This document shows, one piece after another, positions 54,126 through 64,000 of a stretch of DNA of 64,000 nucleotides. Location: NCBI GenBank assembly GCA_024279275.1, contig JAJRRS010000128.1:2121-66120 (forward strand), written 5' to 3'. A program made the translations under genes and the position numbers. The notes beneath the pieces were generated by a model. The model saw only the letters and a list, made by a program, of their open reading frames with translations. It was not told the DNA's origin and did no database searches. This DNA comes from Planctomycetota bacterium. GTDB lineage: Bacteria; Planctomycetota; Phycisphaerae; Phycisphaerales; Phycisphaeraceae. Position 1 is the stretch's first letter. The number at the start of each line of letters is the position of its first letter.

Positions 54126-55994
54126 TCACCGACCACGTCGTGGACGGCCTCGAAGGCACATCCCCATCGCCGCACCAAACAAGGTCAATCCGGCGGGTTC
54201 GGGGATCAAGCTCGATGGCTGGACCGGCGGTGGTGATCCCGCGTTCCAATTGCCCAGGATCTCGTTGAGGTCATCGATGCCGACAAACCCATCGCCGGAG
54301 GGGTCGCCCTTGCGATGCAGGCCGAACACGACCGACTGGTTCCAGTTGCTAAGGACAATATTAAGGTCGGTGATGCCGACGAAGCCATCACCGTCCAGGT
54401 CGCCGGGGAGGTAGGTTTCCATCGCTAATAGAACCTGATTCGGCGCGACATCGAAGAACTGTTGGACGATGCCGCTGGGCCAGTAGATTGTGATGTTGTC
54501 GATGTTGCCAACGAGTGCGCCCAGGCCGAAGTGTGCGGTCATCTGGTTTTGGCTGAGGTAGTTGGTGCCGCCATCGATCTCGCGTAGCTGTTCGTCGCCG
54601 GTGACGGTGCTGTCGGGGTCGATGATAATTCGTGCGCCGATGCCGTCGCGGTTGGACTCGGTGCCTTGTGTTTTCACACGGAGCCAGGCGTTGCCGTTGG
54701 CGGAATCGTTTCGGTAGAAGACCGGTGCCCCGCCGTGGTTGATGACGAGTGTGTCCAGGTCGCCATCGTTGTCGTAATCGAGTGTGAGCAGGCCACGACC
54801 TTGCGCGGTGTCGGTGATGCCCTGGGCGGTGGTGACGTCGGAGAATGTGCCGTCGCCGTTGTTGCGCCAGAGTGTGGTGGGGTCTGCATCGAAGACGCCG
54901 GGGAAGCCGTTGGTGGCCATGAGATCGAGGTTGCCGTCGTTGTCGTAGTCAAGCCAGGTGGTGCCCCACCACCAGCCGGAGGGCTGAATACCTGCATCAA
55001 ACGTCTGCTCTGAGAAGACACGGTTGCCGTCGTTGCGGTAGAGTTTGTTGCCAAATTCGGTGGTCGGGCTGGGGGTTCCGTTGAGGATGGCTGTGACATA
55101 CCAGTCCAGATCGCCGTCGCCGTCGAAGTCGCCGATGGTGGATCCCATGCCGGCGCGGTCGGTCCCGACATTGGCGGCGGCTGTGCCGTCGGTGAACGTG
55201 CCGTCGCCGTTGTTCCAAAACAATTGGCTGGTAACGAAATCCGCAGCGATCGCCAGGTCGGGGTTGCCGTCGCCATCCATATCAGAAAACCGTGGCGAGA
55301 AACGGTACGCGGTGGTGTCGGGATATACGTTCAGCCCCGCAGCCACCGTGACATCGTCGAAGTGCCCAGGGTTGACCGCACCCTGGTTGCGCAACAGTCT
55401 GGATGATGATTGCGAAGCAAGCGAATTCCAGTCACTGGTCATCGCATCGAGGTAGCCGTCGCGGTTGTAATCGCCCAGCGCGATCCCCATACCGTTGGTG
55501 GGGATGGTGGTGGTGATGTCCGCGCCGTGCGCGACGGCGTCTTCTGTGAACGTGCCGTCACCGTTGTTGATGTAGAGGTAGTACCGGTTGCCGTTCGCAG
55601 AGAGGGGGACGACGGCGGAGACATAAAGATCCAGATCGCCGTCGTTATCGATATCGCCGAACACCGGGCCGTTGGTCGGGAGGTTGGCGGTGAAGCCGGC
55701 AGTTAAGGAGACATCCTGAAACGATCCGTTGCCCAGGTTCTTGTAGAGGACGTCGGTGCCGTCGATGCGTGTGAAGAACAGATCGACCAGGCCGTCGCCA
55801 TCAAAATCGCCCGCCGCCGCCCCACCGGTCATGGCCGCTGGGCCTGACTGGATGCCAGCCGCCTGGACGTGGGTGATGCCCGAATCGATAGCTGAAATCT
55901 GGGTAAACGCGCCTTGCACCGACGCTCCCGCAAACAGCACACCGACGCACGGAGCAAACAGCCATGTATAACTCACCCGCAACATCTTTAGCAT
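54126..55994 (-). CDS. FG-GAP/VCBS repeat + ASPIC/UnbV (CRTAC1-like) protein with dockerin-like repeats and PEP-CTERM anchor
   Basis: FGDIDNDGDLDLYV-type repeats, GIGARIII...REIDGGTNYLSQN, GDLDGDGFVGITDLNIVLSNWNQ and IPEPAGLTLFGAAMGMCLRGRPRRGR. The ATG at 55994 gives a signal peptide. Confidence 0.85.
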   Translation of the reverse strand: MLKMLRVSYTWLFAPCVGVLFAGASVQGAFTQISAIDSGITHVQAAGIQSGPAAMTGGAAAGDFDGDGLVDLFFTRIDGTDVLYKNLGNGSFQDVSLTAGFTANLPTNGPVFGDIDNDGDLDLYVSAVVPLSANGNRYYLYINNGDGTFTEDAVAHGADITTTIPTNGMGIALGDYNRDGYLDAMTSDWNSLASQSSSRLLRNQGAVNPGHFDDVTVAAGLNVYPDTTAYRFSPRFSDMDGDGNPDLAIAADFVTSQLFWNNGDGTFTDGTAAANVGTDRAGMGSTIGDFDGDGDLDWYVTAILNGTPSPTTEFGNKLYRNDGNRVFSEQTFDAGIQPSGWWWGTTWLDYDNDGNLDLMATNGFPGVFDADPTTLWRNNGDGTFSDVTTAQGITDTAQGRGLLTLDYDNDGDLDTLVINHGGAPVFYRNDSANGNAWLRVKTQGTESNRDGIGARIIIDPDSTVTGDEQLREIDGGTNYLSQNQMTAHFGLGALVGNIDNITIYWPSGIVQQFFDVAPNQVLLAMETYLPGDLDGDGFVGITDLNIVLSNWNQSVVFGLHRKGDPSGDGFVGIDDLNEILGNWNAGSPPPVQPSSLIPEPAGLTLFGAAMGMCLRGRPRRGR

Positions 55995-56239
55995 GGCCCC
56001 TCCACACAAATCACAACTCTCTCCCAGCCTGGCTCGAAAATGTAATCGATTACATCTGGGTAATATACCACAATTCTGGACCATTACCACATAAATCCAC
56101 GGCAATGCCGATCCCGTTTATTTACGTCGGTCAACCCCGGCACACGGCGAGCGTTAGGGATGATCAGAGAATTCGAGCGGATATACCTTGCTCGTAGCAT
56201 TGCGTTCAGGGTTCAGATGGTTAGTTAAAGCACCAAGCT

Positions 56240-56264
56240 CGCCGCGTGGCCGCGACGGCTAAAC
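56240..56264 (-). repeat. REP-like module L, inverted copy
   Basis: The reverse complement is GTTTAGCCGTCGCGGCCACGCGGCG, compared with 11159-11183. Confidence 0.8.
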
Positions 56265-56293
56265 CTTGCTGGCTACGATGAAAATAAACCTTT

Positions 56294-58048
56294 CTAATAG
56301 AGGTCCAGGGCCTCTAACATGAACGGCACACGTTCCCGTCTCATGCCGCTTGGGTAGCTGATGATTAATGTGACGGCGTCAGGGTCCAGGCTCTCGCTGA
56401 CACTCCATTCATGGTATTGGATTTCTGTTGATCGTTTTGTCACGCCGGCGGTGGTGTTGATTTGATTCGTCGATTCGTAGCTATTGACATCGTTCGCCCC
56501 GGGTATCTCAACGGAGAACTGCAGGGCTGATATCTCGGGGGGCCCGGCCATCTCTAACTCGAACCGGCCTTGGATCTGACGATTGGAGGCATCGGTTTCG
56601 ACGTGGCGTTTGTAACGCTTTATTTTCAGGGTGGCACCGGGCAGGATGTCTGCGAGGTCGATCAGCTTGTCCGGGTTGGCACGGACGCGTGGGATGCGGT
56701 GCTTGCTCCAGTCGTCGAATGCGGTGACGATCAGGGTGCCTTCCACCTCTTCGATCGCTTCGGCGCCGGGGGCGGGCAGGCTCAGGATGACTTGAAATGA
56801 TACTGAGTTGGAATCATCATCGGACGAGTTGGACCTGCCGTAAGAACCGTATCCATATCTGTCGAATCCGGCGTCCGTCTTTTTGTACTCCTTGATTTCG
56901 TTGCCCTGGTCGTCGATGGCCCGCTGGACCTTGACCTTCCCCACGCCCAGCAGTTTGGCGTTTTCAGGGGCGTACAGCTTGGCCTGGATCTTCGCGCTGT
57001 TGTTGAACTCCTGAGAGAACATGTCAGCGCGTCGGCCCAGCTTGTCTTTGGCATTCGGCAGGAGGACGACGGTTGAGACGGCGAGGGTTTCGGCCTCGGC
57101 ATAGTAGCCGTCGGGCGCTTCGACGATTGGGATATCCGCGTAGGGATCGTCTTGCTCTTGGGAGTCATAGTCAAGGGATTCACCAATCTCTTCTGAGTCC
57201 AGGGGCAGCGTAGATATGTCAAGGACGCCGGGGTCGGCAACGATCGTGAACGGTTCATCAAACATCGCAACAATATGATCCAGCGATTCGTTGTCGGCTG
57301 CGTCGATCTCAAACCAGGTCTGACTTTCCTGGGCATTGGGTAATGGGCTTGAGACGATCGCGCCGGGCAGGGTTAATCGGAAAGATCCTTTGAACTTTTG
57401 TGCTTTGAGCATTCGGCGCATGCGGGAAAGATCGGGCTTGGTCAGCTCCCTGAAGGTCGCGGTTGCGACGAGGTGGCCCTGGTCGTCCTGTTCAAGGCGG
57501 AACGATTCGATGCCGGCCGACCGCCAGTAGTAGGTCCCGTGTTTCACGAACAGTTCGAGGCTGTCGAAATGGGTTGCGCCTTCGGCCTGGACGGTGTCTT
57601 CCTCCACCGTGACGGAGCGCATCTCCTGGGTGATGCCTTCTATGTTTTTAAGTGGACTCTTTTCACGGGAGAGTTCGGTGAAGCCCTCGATAATCTGTTG
57701 GTCGGTGAGGGGCGTGTTGGAGTCGAGTAGGTCTTGTTGAGGCGTCCGTTCCTCGATGACCACGCCGTCTTCGAGCACGTCTACCCAGCCCGTCTCGTCT
57801 CCGTAGTGGCGGCTCATTCGTGTGGTTGGATCGGACCAACGGACCATCTGTTCAACCTGGGCGCGGTTGAGTGTGTAGCGTGTGCTGAGGTCAACGGAGC
57901 CGTCGTCGTTGACGGTGACGGCCAGGTGGTATTCGCTTGCGCAGCCGGACAGCAGCAGAGAGAAGCCCAACGCCGCCAAGAGAAGGATGCGGTGAAATCC
58001 TGTGCGGATGTGTTTGTTTGTGTGTTTGATGTTACTCACTTCATTCAC
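56294..58048 (-). CDS. Hypothetical lipoprotein, paralog of 58041..59714
   Basis: GTG start and lipobox LLLSGC. The N-terminus HLAVTVNDDGSVDLSTRY parallels HLTINADGSGTVVIQTTM in the upstream gene. Confidence 0.65.
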   Translation of the reverse strand: MNEVSNIKHTNKHIRTGFHRILLLAALGFSLLLSGCASEYHLAVTVNDDGSVDLSTRYTLNRAQVEQMVRWSDPTTRMSRHYGDETGWVDVLEDGVVIEERTPQQDLLDSNTPLTDQQIIEGFTELSREKSPLKNIEGITQEMRSVTVEEDTVQAEGATHFDSLELFVKHGTYYWRSAGIESFRLEQDDQGHLVATATFRELTKPDLSRMRRMLKAQKFKGSFRLTLPGAIVSSPLPNAQESQTWFEIDAADNESLDHIVAMFDEPFTIVADPGVLDISTLPLDSEEIGESLDYDSQEQDDPYADIPIVEAPDGYYAEAETLAVSTVVLLPNAKDKLGRRADMFSQEFNNSAKIQAKLYAPENAKLLGVGKVKVQRAIDDQGNEIKEYKKTDAGFDRYGYGSYGRSNSSDDDSNSVSFQVILSLPAPGAEAIEEVEGTLIVTAFDDWSKHRIPRVRANPDKLIDLADILPGATLKIKRYKRHVETDASNRQIQGRFELEMAGPPEISALQFSVEIPGANDVNSYESTNQINTTAGVTKRSTEIQYHEWSVSESLDPDAVTLIISYPSGMRRERVPFMLEALDLY

Positions 58049-59714
58049 CTTCTTCCTGGGTCTGCTGTGTCAGGGGTAGGTCCGTCAACTCGACGGGGAT
58101 CTGGACCCGGGTGCTGGCGGCGTCGATCAGGATTGCGATCGACAGTGGGAGCTGGGGTCGGCCGGGGATCATGATCTCCATTTGTTGAACATCTGAGCCG
58201 CCGTACTCCGACTGAAGATAGGTTGGCCAGGGTTGGCCTTGCTTGTCGAAGACTTGTATCTCTTTCACGATGGCATCTTGTGATTCGAAGCTTAAGGAAA
58301 GGGTCAGGCCCGGTCCCTGGAACTGGGCACCGCTTATTTGCAGGGTTGTTCCGGTCTCGCGTAGTGCCGGGTGGTCGATGTTGTCTTCATCATCATCCCT
58401 ATAGAACGTGTCATCGTCCTGATCCGCTATGGTTTTTACGGCGTTGGGGAGTTTGATGACCCTTGGCGATCCGCCGTACAGGGCGTTGATCGATCCGGAG
58501 AGAGTCTTGAGGTGGGTTGCGGTGATGTCGGGCGTGTCGAATTGGATGGTGAGGTAGTGGTCGACCTGTTCTGTGTTTTTGGGTTTGTTTTCTTCGCCGT
58601 ACCAGCCGTAGTTTTCGTTCAGGTCGTACCTGTTTCCGTATCGGGAATACTCGTCTTCATCGGATGGGACGAGTTCATTGCCTTGGTTATCAGTTACGGT
58701 TTCAAGCTCGAACTTACCCCACCGAAGCGGCTCAAGCTCCTTGGGGAGCGAAACGACCGCGACAACAATCCCGATGTTATCACCGCCCCAGCCTCGACCG
58801 GTGTAGTTGCTCGTGCGTTTGATCAATACCGCCAACGGGGTCGCCTGGGCCTCGGCCAGGACACGTTGAGAATCGATAGCTGGGGAGGCTTGATTGTTAG
58901 TGCCGCCCTCGGCGAGAGAATCAAAATCGCCCAGATCCAGGCGTGTGGGTGTGACCGGTGTGAAGGAGATTCCTTCGTTAGAGCAGCTCGCGGTCATCAC
59001 CTGTTGAAGCTGTGTTAAGAATGCCTCGGGGGTATCGGAATCTTCGCGTGCGATCTTCCAGACGGCGGTTGAGCCTTCGGATTGTGCGGATTCGTCGGCG
59101 GTCAATTCGCCGGGCAGAGTCAGCGTGAAAGTGGCCTTGAACTTGTCTTCAATTTCCTGGATTTGCTTCTGATCGAATGACATCATACCCATGGTCATGG
59201 CCGATTCGTCATCCTCTTCATCAAGGGCGCCGGCGAACGCGGCGATTCCCTGGAGGCCGCTACGGCTTTTGACCGTGAGCCGACCGGTGGTCTTGTCGGA
59301 TTCGATCGCCAACGAACGGGCCTTGGCGTAGGGGGTTTCCAAGAGGTCGTTGATAGCCTTGAACGACACGGTGATAGTAGACGTGATGGTGCCGTCGGCT
59401 TGCTCGGTTTGTTCTTCGATGGTGAACCCGTCGCCGGGGAACAGGACGGTCGCGGCGTCGGTATTCATGGGGGGATACATCAGCGTCGGGGCCTCCTGCA
59501 TCATCCCCCCATACATATCCAGGCCCTCGATTGTTTCGTTCATGGTGGTCTGGATCACGACGGTGCCGCTGCCATCAGCGTTGATCGTCAGGTGGTCGCT
59601 GACACTGGTACACCCAACAAGCGACAGACCCATCGCGGCGAAGAGGGTCACAAGCAGGTACAGGCGGGTGGGAAACATGGGGTACGTCCTTTCGGCAAAT
59701 ATCGATCCGGTCAT
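58041..59714 (-). CDS. Hypothetical lipoprotein
   Basis: The lipobox is LSLVGC. There is an ATGA overlap with the upstream HEAT-repeat gene and an 8-nt overlap with the downstream paralog. An alternative start lies at 59678. Confidence 0.65.
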   Translation of the reverse strand: MTGSIFAERTYPMFPTRLYLLVTLFAAMGLSLVGCTSVSDHLTINADGSGTVVIQTTMNETIEGLDMYGGMMQEAPTLMYPPMNTDAATVLFPGDGFTIEEQTEQADGTITSTITVSFKAINDLLETPYAKARSLAIESDKTTGRLTVKSRSGLQGIAAFAGALDEEDDESAMTMGMMSFDQKQIQEIEDKFKATFTLTLPGELTADESAQSEGSTAVWKIAREDSDTPEAFLTQLQQVMTASCSNEGISFTPVTPTRLDLGDFDSLAEGGTNNQASPAIDSQRVLAEAQATPLAVLIKRTSNYTGRGWGGDNIGIVVAVVSLPKELEPLRWGKFELETVTDNQGNELVPSDEDEYSRYGNRYDLNENYGWYGEENKPKNTEQVDHYLTIQFDTPDITATHLKTLSGSINALYGGSPRVIKLPNAVKTIADQDDDTFYRDDDEDNIDHPALRETGTTLQISGAQFQGPGLTLSLSFESQDAIVKEIQVFDKQGQPWPTYLQSEYGGSDVQQMEIMIPGRPQLPLSIAILIDAASTRVQIPVELTDLPLTQQTQEEGE

Positions 59715-62700
59715 CGGGTCATCTCCCGCATCTTCACGTTGATTTTACGGCGGAGGGCACGGGCTTCGGTGCCGCGTACACCCCTGAGCCAATTCAATAA
59801 TTTCCGCATCTCGTATTCGCTGTCCACCTGGAGCATCTCTTGGCGCAGGGGTTCCAGGAAGCGTTCGTCTTTGGTCAGCAGCAATGCAACGAGCAGGATG
59901 CCGGGGACTTCCTGGCGGTTGCCGGCATTCCATACTTCCAGACGTTTTTCCAGGCCTGAGAAGTCGCCGTACTGCGCTAAGGTCAGAGCGATGATGTCTG
60001 AAGTGTTTGCATCTTCGATTTGTGTTTCGGCGAGTGATTTCAAGGCTGGGAGGAAGTCTGGTTGTCGATCAATCACGTGGGGCGGGCGCGTGTCACGGCG
60101 GCTGTTCCAGGAGCGCTTGATGCGCGTTTTGTCGTAAACGAACTGAGAATCGGACGGTGGGAGGTCGGCGGCTAAGCGTAATGGGGCGGCCAAGACACCC
60201 GCTGCGGCGGCGGCACCGACGTCCGGCGAGGGGTCGGCGATCATCGGGCCGAGCGTCGATTCGATCTGGACAGCGGTGGGTTTGGTCGCAAGATAAGCCT
60301 GAATCGCGGCGCGTCGGACCCACGGGTTATCATCGATCAAGGCGGGTTGTATGGACTCGGGGGGGAGGGTGCCGGGGCGCAAGATGGAGATAAAGATGCC
60401 TGTCGCGCGTGGGAGAGGTTGCGGTGAGGCGACCAGTTGTTTCACCAGTTCACCTGCTTGTTCATCAGTCATGGCGATGATGAGCGACGGTCTGTTGTAC
60501 TCTCCGACGACCGCGCCGAGGATCTCGTCAAGCTCGTCGTCGCGGGCGGATTCGAGGATGCGGGTAATGCGTGCCGGGTTGAGCAACACCTGTTTGACTT
60601 GGGGCTTGGCGCGATTCGAGGCGGCTAGCAATCGTGCGTAGCCCCCGGGTTCATCAGCCATCTTGTTGACCACCGCCAACCCCTCGGGCAGCGGTATGCG
60701 TGCGAGCAGGAGCGCAGCGACCAGGTCAGGGTTCATCCCGGTGGACGGATCGAACAGCCGGTCTTCGCTGACGAGCGTGGAGATAGCTGCGAATTCGGCC
60801 TTTGGATCGCCGGTGATAAACCTTGCGAACAGGTAGGCTGGGTTGGGGTGTTGCGGGGGGTGCTCCACGAGTAATTCATACCAGCGTCGGTGCATCTCCG
60901 CGATCGGGTTGGTTTGATCCGGCGAGTTGTCGGCTGGTTGAGTTGCGTTGGTGTTATCAGAGTTATCCGGTGTGTTAAACAGGGTGATGTCAACGGGATT
61001 GTCTGCATCGACACGATCAACGACAACCGCCTGGACAGGTCGTGTGCCACCGAGGTATGTCTTTATGGGGGTTGTTGAAGTAGTAGCGATGCCGGTACCG
61101 AGCGCACCGAAGTTTTTCTGTTTTTCGCCGGCGTTAGTCAGACCGTAGTGGAAGCCGACCAGTGGGACGATCATGGAAACGGCTTGGGCGCGGACCTCGC
61201 TGTCGGCATCGGCGAGTGCTGCGTCTGCGTATTCGATCGCCAGGGAGTAGGACCGTACACGCAAGACTTCTACACCGCGGCGGCGTATGGCGGGGTTATT
61301 AGAGGCCATGACATCGTTCATCAAAGGACGCCAATGCGCGTCGGCGTTGCGTTGACGGCTCTGGTTGGACATCACGGAGGCAAGGATGTCCAGCCTCACC
61401 GGGTCGCTTGAGTCGCGGTACATGGTGAGGATGCGGTCGACGGCGATGGCGTTGTCCTGCTCGAGAAGGAATTCGATGACCAACGGCCTCATCGTTTCCT
61501 GTCGAGAGACCAGAGCGAGAAGTTTGTCGACGCTGGGTTGAGCGTTCATTTCTTTTAGGGCCATGAGCGCGGACTTGACCACGAACGTATCTTCGTCCTC
61601 GAGGCTTTTTTCGAGCTTGGGCACGGCACGGCGTATCTCGAGCTTGCCCAACGCTTCGGCGGCGGCGGCTCGGACACGCCATCGCGGGTCTTGCAGCGCC
61701 TTGATTAAGACATCACCCTGCTTCACGGCCTTGGCTTCTTCCAATGCGGCGATGGCGGCGATGGCGACGACTTCATCGGAATCGTTCAGGGCCGGGGCGA
61801 GGTATTTGCCCGCATCGGGCGAGCCGGATGCGCCGAGTTGTTGGGCGGCGACCATCCGCAGGTTCGGGTCGTGGGCCTTGAGCATCGTGGCGGTTGCGGC
61901 CAAGGCGTCCTTGCCGCCCACGGTCGAGAGCGCGTGGATGGCGCTTTCACGGACGAGCGTGTCGTCGTCATTGATTAGTTCGCGCAGCGGCGGGAGGGCA
62001 ATAGCCCCGGCGGACCCGAGACGATCCGCTGCGGCCTGGCGTTGCTCACTGGTGCCGCGTGCCAGATCACGGCGGACGGCTAAGTCGGCCTCGGTGCGAT
62101 CTGGCACAAGGATCGCCCAACGCACGTCCTCGAATAGCAGGACCGCCTGGTATTCGTTCTCACGCTCGGCTCGCGCGATCGCGTTGCGCACGGTCGGGAG
62201 CGCGGCAGAGCCGGTGTCTACCAGGATCGTCATGGCGCGTGTCCTGCGGACCGGGGCGGAGGCAAATACGCCATCAATCGCGTCGTCGAGGGTGCGTTCT
62301 TCTGCGGGTGTGAGCTGACGGACGAGTTGTGGCGAGGGGAGTTTGCCTAAGTCGGCCCACCACCCGGTCAGGGCGTCGGCCTGCTTGTCGCGGTTGGCTT
62401 GAGACAGCCAAGGCTCATAGATCGGGGCGTCCGGCGCAAGGTATTTAAGCGTTTCGTATGCGGCGATCCGGGTGCCCAGGTAATGGTCGTCGAGCGCATC
62501 GATCAGGGGTGTGACCGCGTCTTCACGGTGGTCAAGCAGCGTGGCGCGGGCACGCCTTCTCATCGAGGGGTCGCGGCTGCCGAGTGACTTAACGGCGTCG
62601 GCGATGGGGTTTTTAGCACGGCCTGCGGTGCGGTTCAGCGGCAAGCCCTCCCACACACCGTCGGCAACGCGCCGCCTGGCTTGTTTAACCCACTGGATAA

Positions 62701-63103
62701 ACGCCTCCGCATCCAGCATGCCGGAGGTTCGGGAGATAATCTTGAATTCGGGTGTCATCAGCAGGAGGGTCGGGATCTGATCCACCTCGAATTTTCGGGT
62801 CCACTCAAAGCCCATATCGACTTCCATCTCGACGGTGTGCAGCAGGCCGATGCGGTCGCGGACCTGATGGTTCCAGATGACCTGCTCGCTGAGTTGATGG
62901 GATGCGGGGTCTGTCAGGGAGAAGAATACGATGAGTACAAGCGAGTTATCTTCCGCCGCAGAGAGGCGGGCGGATTTGATGCTGTAGTGAAGCTCAGGCG
63001 GGAGCGTGTTGGCCTGGCTATCCGTGTATGGGGGGGCAGGGGGCGCAGCGATGACGTAGGAAGCCATCGAAATAAACAGGGTATAAATGATGGTCCTAAT
63101 CAT
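59711..63103 (-). CDS. Large secreted HEAT-repeat protein with an N-terminal thioredoxin-fold-like domain lacking CxxC
   Basis: The ATG at 63103 gives a signal-like MIRTIIYTLFISMASYVIAAPP. HEAT/PBS-lyase-like repeats are present (DPRWRVRAAAAEALGKL, DPNLRMVAAQQLG, DDTLVRESAIHAL). The thioredoxin-like stretch is LVLIVFFSLTDPAS...IPTLLL. Confidence 0.7.
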   Translation of the reverse strand: MIRTIIYTLFISMASYVIAAPPAPPYTDSQANTLPPELHYSIKSARLSAAEDNSLVLIVFFSLTDPASHQLSEQVIWNHQVRDRIGLLHTVEMEVDMGFEWTRKFEVDQIPTLLLMTPEFKIISRTSGMLDAEAFIQWVKQARRRVADGVWEGLPLNRTAGRAKNPIADAVKSLGSRDPSMRRRARATLLDHREDAVTPLIDALDDHYLGTRIAAYETLKYLAPDAPIYEPWLSQANRDKQADALTGWWADLGKLPSPQLVRQLTPAEERTLDDAIDGVFASAPVRRTRAMTILVDTGSAALPTVRNAIARAERENEYQAVLLFEDVRWAILVPDRTEADLAVRRDLARGTSEQRQAAADRLGSAGAIALPPLRELINDDDTLVRESAIHALSTVGGKDALAATATMLKAHDPNLRMVAAQQLGASGSPDAGKYLAPALNDSDEVVAIAAIAALEEAKAVKQGDVLIKALQDPRWRVRAAAAEALGKLEIRRAVPKLEKSLEDEDTFVVKSALMALKEMNAQPSVDKLLALVSRQETMRPLVIEFLLEQDNAIAVDRILTMYRDSSDPVRLDILASVMSNQSRQRNADAHWRPLMNDVMASNNPAIRRRGVEVLRVRSYSLAIEYADAALADADSEVRAQAVSMIVPLVGFHYGLTNAGEKQKNFGALGTGIATTSTTPIKTYLGGTRPVQAVVVDRVDADNPVDITLFNTPDNSDNTNATQPADNSPDQTNPIAEMHRRWYELLVEHPPQHPNPAYLFARFITGDPKAEFAAISTLVSEDRLFDPSTGMNPDLVAALLLARIPLPEGLAVVNKMADEPGGYARLLAASNRAKPQVKQVLLNPARITRILESARDDELDEILGAVVGEYNRPSLIIAMTDEQAGELVKQLVASPQPLPRATGIFISILRPGTLPPESIQPALIDDNPWVRRAAIQAYLATKPTAVQIESTLGPMIADPSPDVGAAAAAGVLAAPLRLAADLPPSDSQFVYDKTRIKRSWNSRRDTRPPHVIDRQPDFLPALKSLAETQIEDANTSDIIALTLAQYGDFSGLEKRLEVWNAGNRQEVPGILLVALLLTKDERFLEPLRQEMLQVDSEYEMRKLLNWLRGVRGTEARALRRKINVKMREMTR

Positions 63104-64000
63104 TTCGGTTCCGTGTGGTCGATGATCGCCCAATCTTGCGAGAACGCGAAGTCGGGGTCGTGTTTGCCGTAGTGACACTGCCGGCAGTCCGTCTCCCTGC
63201 TGAGGCGTGCGATGCCTTTGCACGCACCCTTTAATAAGGCTTCGCCGGGTCCGTGACAGCTTTCACAGCCGACGTTTCCCAGGTTGGGAGTTTTTCGCAT
63301 CGATATGTAGCCGTCATTAGCGCCGTAGGCCACGACGTGGCAGACGATACACTCGGGGGATCGGTCGTAACCGGATCGTTGTAGCGACTGCATGGCGTTG
63401 GCGTGCCGCTGTGACTGCCAGTTCTGATGGACGGCTGTGTGGCATTGGATGCAGGCGTCGGACCCGACATAGCCGTTGCCCGGCTCGGCCTGGATCGGTG
63501 AAATCAGGGGTGAACCCGGGCGGTTTTCTGAGAGGTCGAAGCTGCGCCCATCGATCTGTTGTTTGTACCAATCGATCGATGCCTTGGTGACCTGGGGGTC
63601 GCCGGTGTATTGGTTATCTAACAGCACGGCGCGGCCTTGGGCTGTCACGGGTTGGCCGGGCGTTTGGATCAGTGTGATGTCGGCGATGTAGCGTGACTCG
63701 CCGTAGACCGATGCGATGATCGTGCGGTTGACAAGCGTGGGCGGGAGGCTGTCGCCGCGGCCTCGGAACAAGATAACATCTATTTCAGGGAAGCGCTGAG
63801 CGAGGTCGCGGACGCCTTGCTGGGTCAGGTCTGCGAGAACGACAATCGTATCGATGTCATCCGGGAGGTTTGCTAAGAAACGGCTGATCGCCTGATCGGG
63901 TGGATCGACTCGGAGGCTTGGGTTGATTTGCTTGTAGGCGTTGTCAACGACACCCGTCACCGCGATCCGTCGGCCGGCGGATTCGATGAGGATGTAGGTC
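63100..64000 (-). CDS. Multiheme c-type cytochrome domain fused to a metallophosphoesterase/5-prime-nucleotidase-like region (5-prime partial, runs off the window)
   Basis: Four CxxCH motifs are present: CIQCH, CIVCH, CESCH and CRQCH. The reading frame stays open from 63960 to the window end (…TYILIESAGRRIAVTGVVDNAYK). Confidence 0.7.
   Translation of the reverse strand, partial: TYILIESAGRRIAVTGVVDNAYKQINPSLRVDPPDQAISRFLANLPDDIDTIVVLADLTQQGVRDLAQRFPEIDVILFRGRGDSLPPTLVNRTIIASVYGESRYIADITLIQTPGQPVTAQGRAVLLDNQYTGDPQVTKASIDWYKQQIDGRSFDLSENRPGSPLISPIQAEPGNGYVGSDACIQCHTAVHQNWQSQRHANAMQSLQRSGYDRSPECIVCHVVAYGANDGYISMRKTPNLGNVGCESCHGPGEALLKGACKGIARLSRETDCRQCHYGKHDPDFAFSQDWAIIDHTEPK

Overview
This is a 64-kb chromosomal segment at roughly 58-60% GC by eye. 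I attribute it to a Planctomycetota-like genome, possibly Phycisphaerae-like, with low confidence. The lineage markers are eight PEP-CTERM-anchored secreted proteins, dockerin-like DxDGxVGIxDLNxVLxNWN modules, a prepilin/H-X9-DG (DUF1559-type) pseudopilin and an LEPLEPRILLSA N-terminus. I support about 50 CDS and 2 tRNA genes. Housekeeping genes are ferritin, Nudix, fba, argJ, an IDH-family dehydrogenase, sppA, dapF, accC/accB, an M24 peptidase, hisI, folD and cinA. From 37.6 to 64 kb all genes lie on the minus strand. That block holds a LacI-linked glycan-utilisation locus (GH94 phosphorylase, sugar ABC importer, GH144-like enzymes, PEP-CTERM paralogs) and a tightly coupled four-gene envelope operon of unknown function (heme/phosphoesterase protein, HEAT-repeat giant, two paralogous lipoproteins). 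The most unusual content is non-genic. Intergenic space, especially 7.7-17.7 kb and 36.7-37.6 kb, is packed with a combinatorial set of short interspersed repeat modules. These include several hairpin REP-like families that share a 5-prime GTTTAGC motif. A single HUH/Y1 REP-associated tyrosine transposase (RAYT-like) gene at 16928-17521 is bracketed by one of these REPs. The same modules occur in frame inside a glycoside-hydrolase-like CDS, which recalls Rickettsia palindromic elements. Identical 9-bp triplet repeats sit inside unrelated CDS in different reading frames. One tRNA folds as a class I cloverleaf with a UAA anticodon, which is atypical for bacterial tRNA-Leu. All protein calls come from motifs I recognise in the supplied translations. 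No database search was run.
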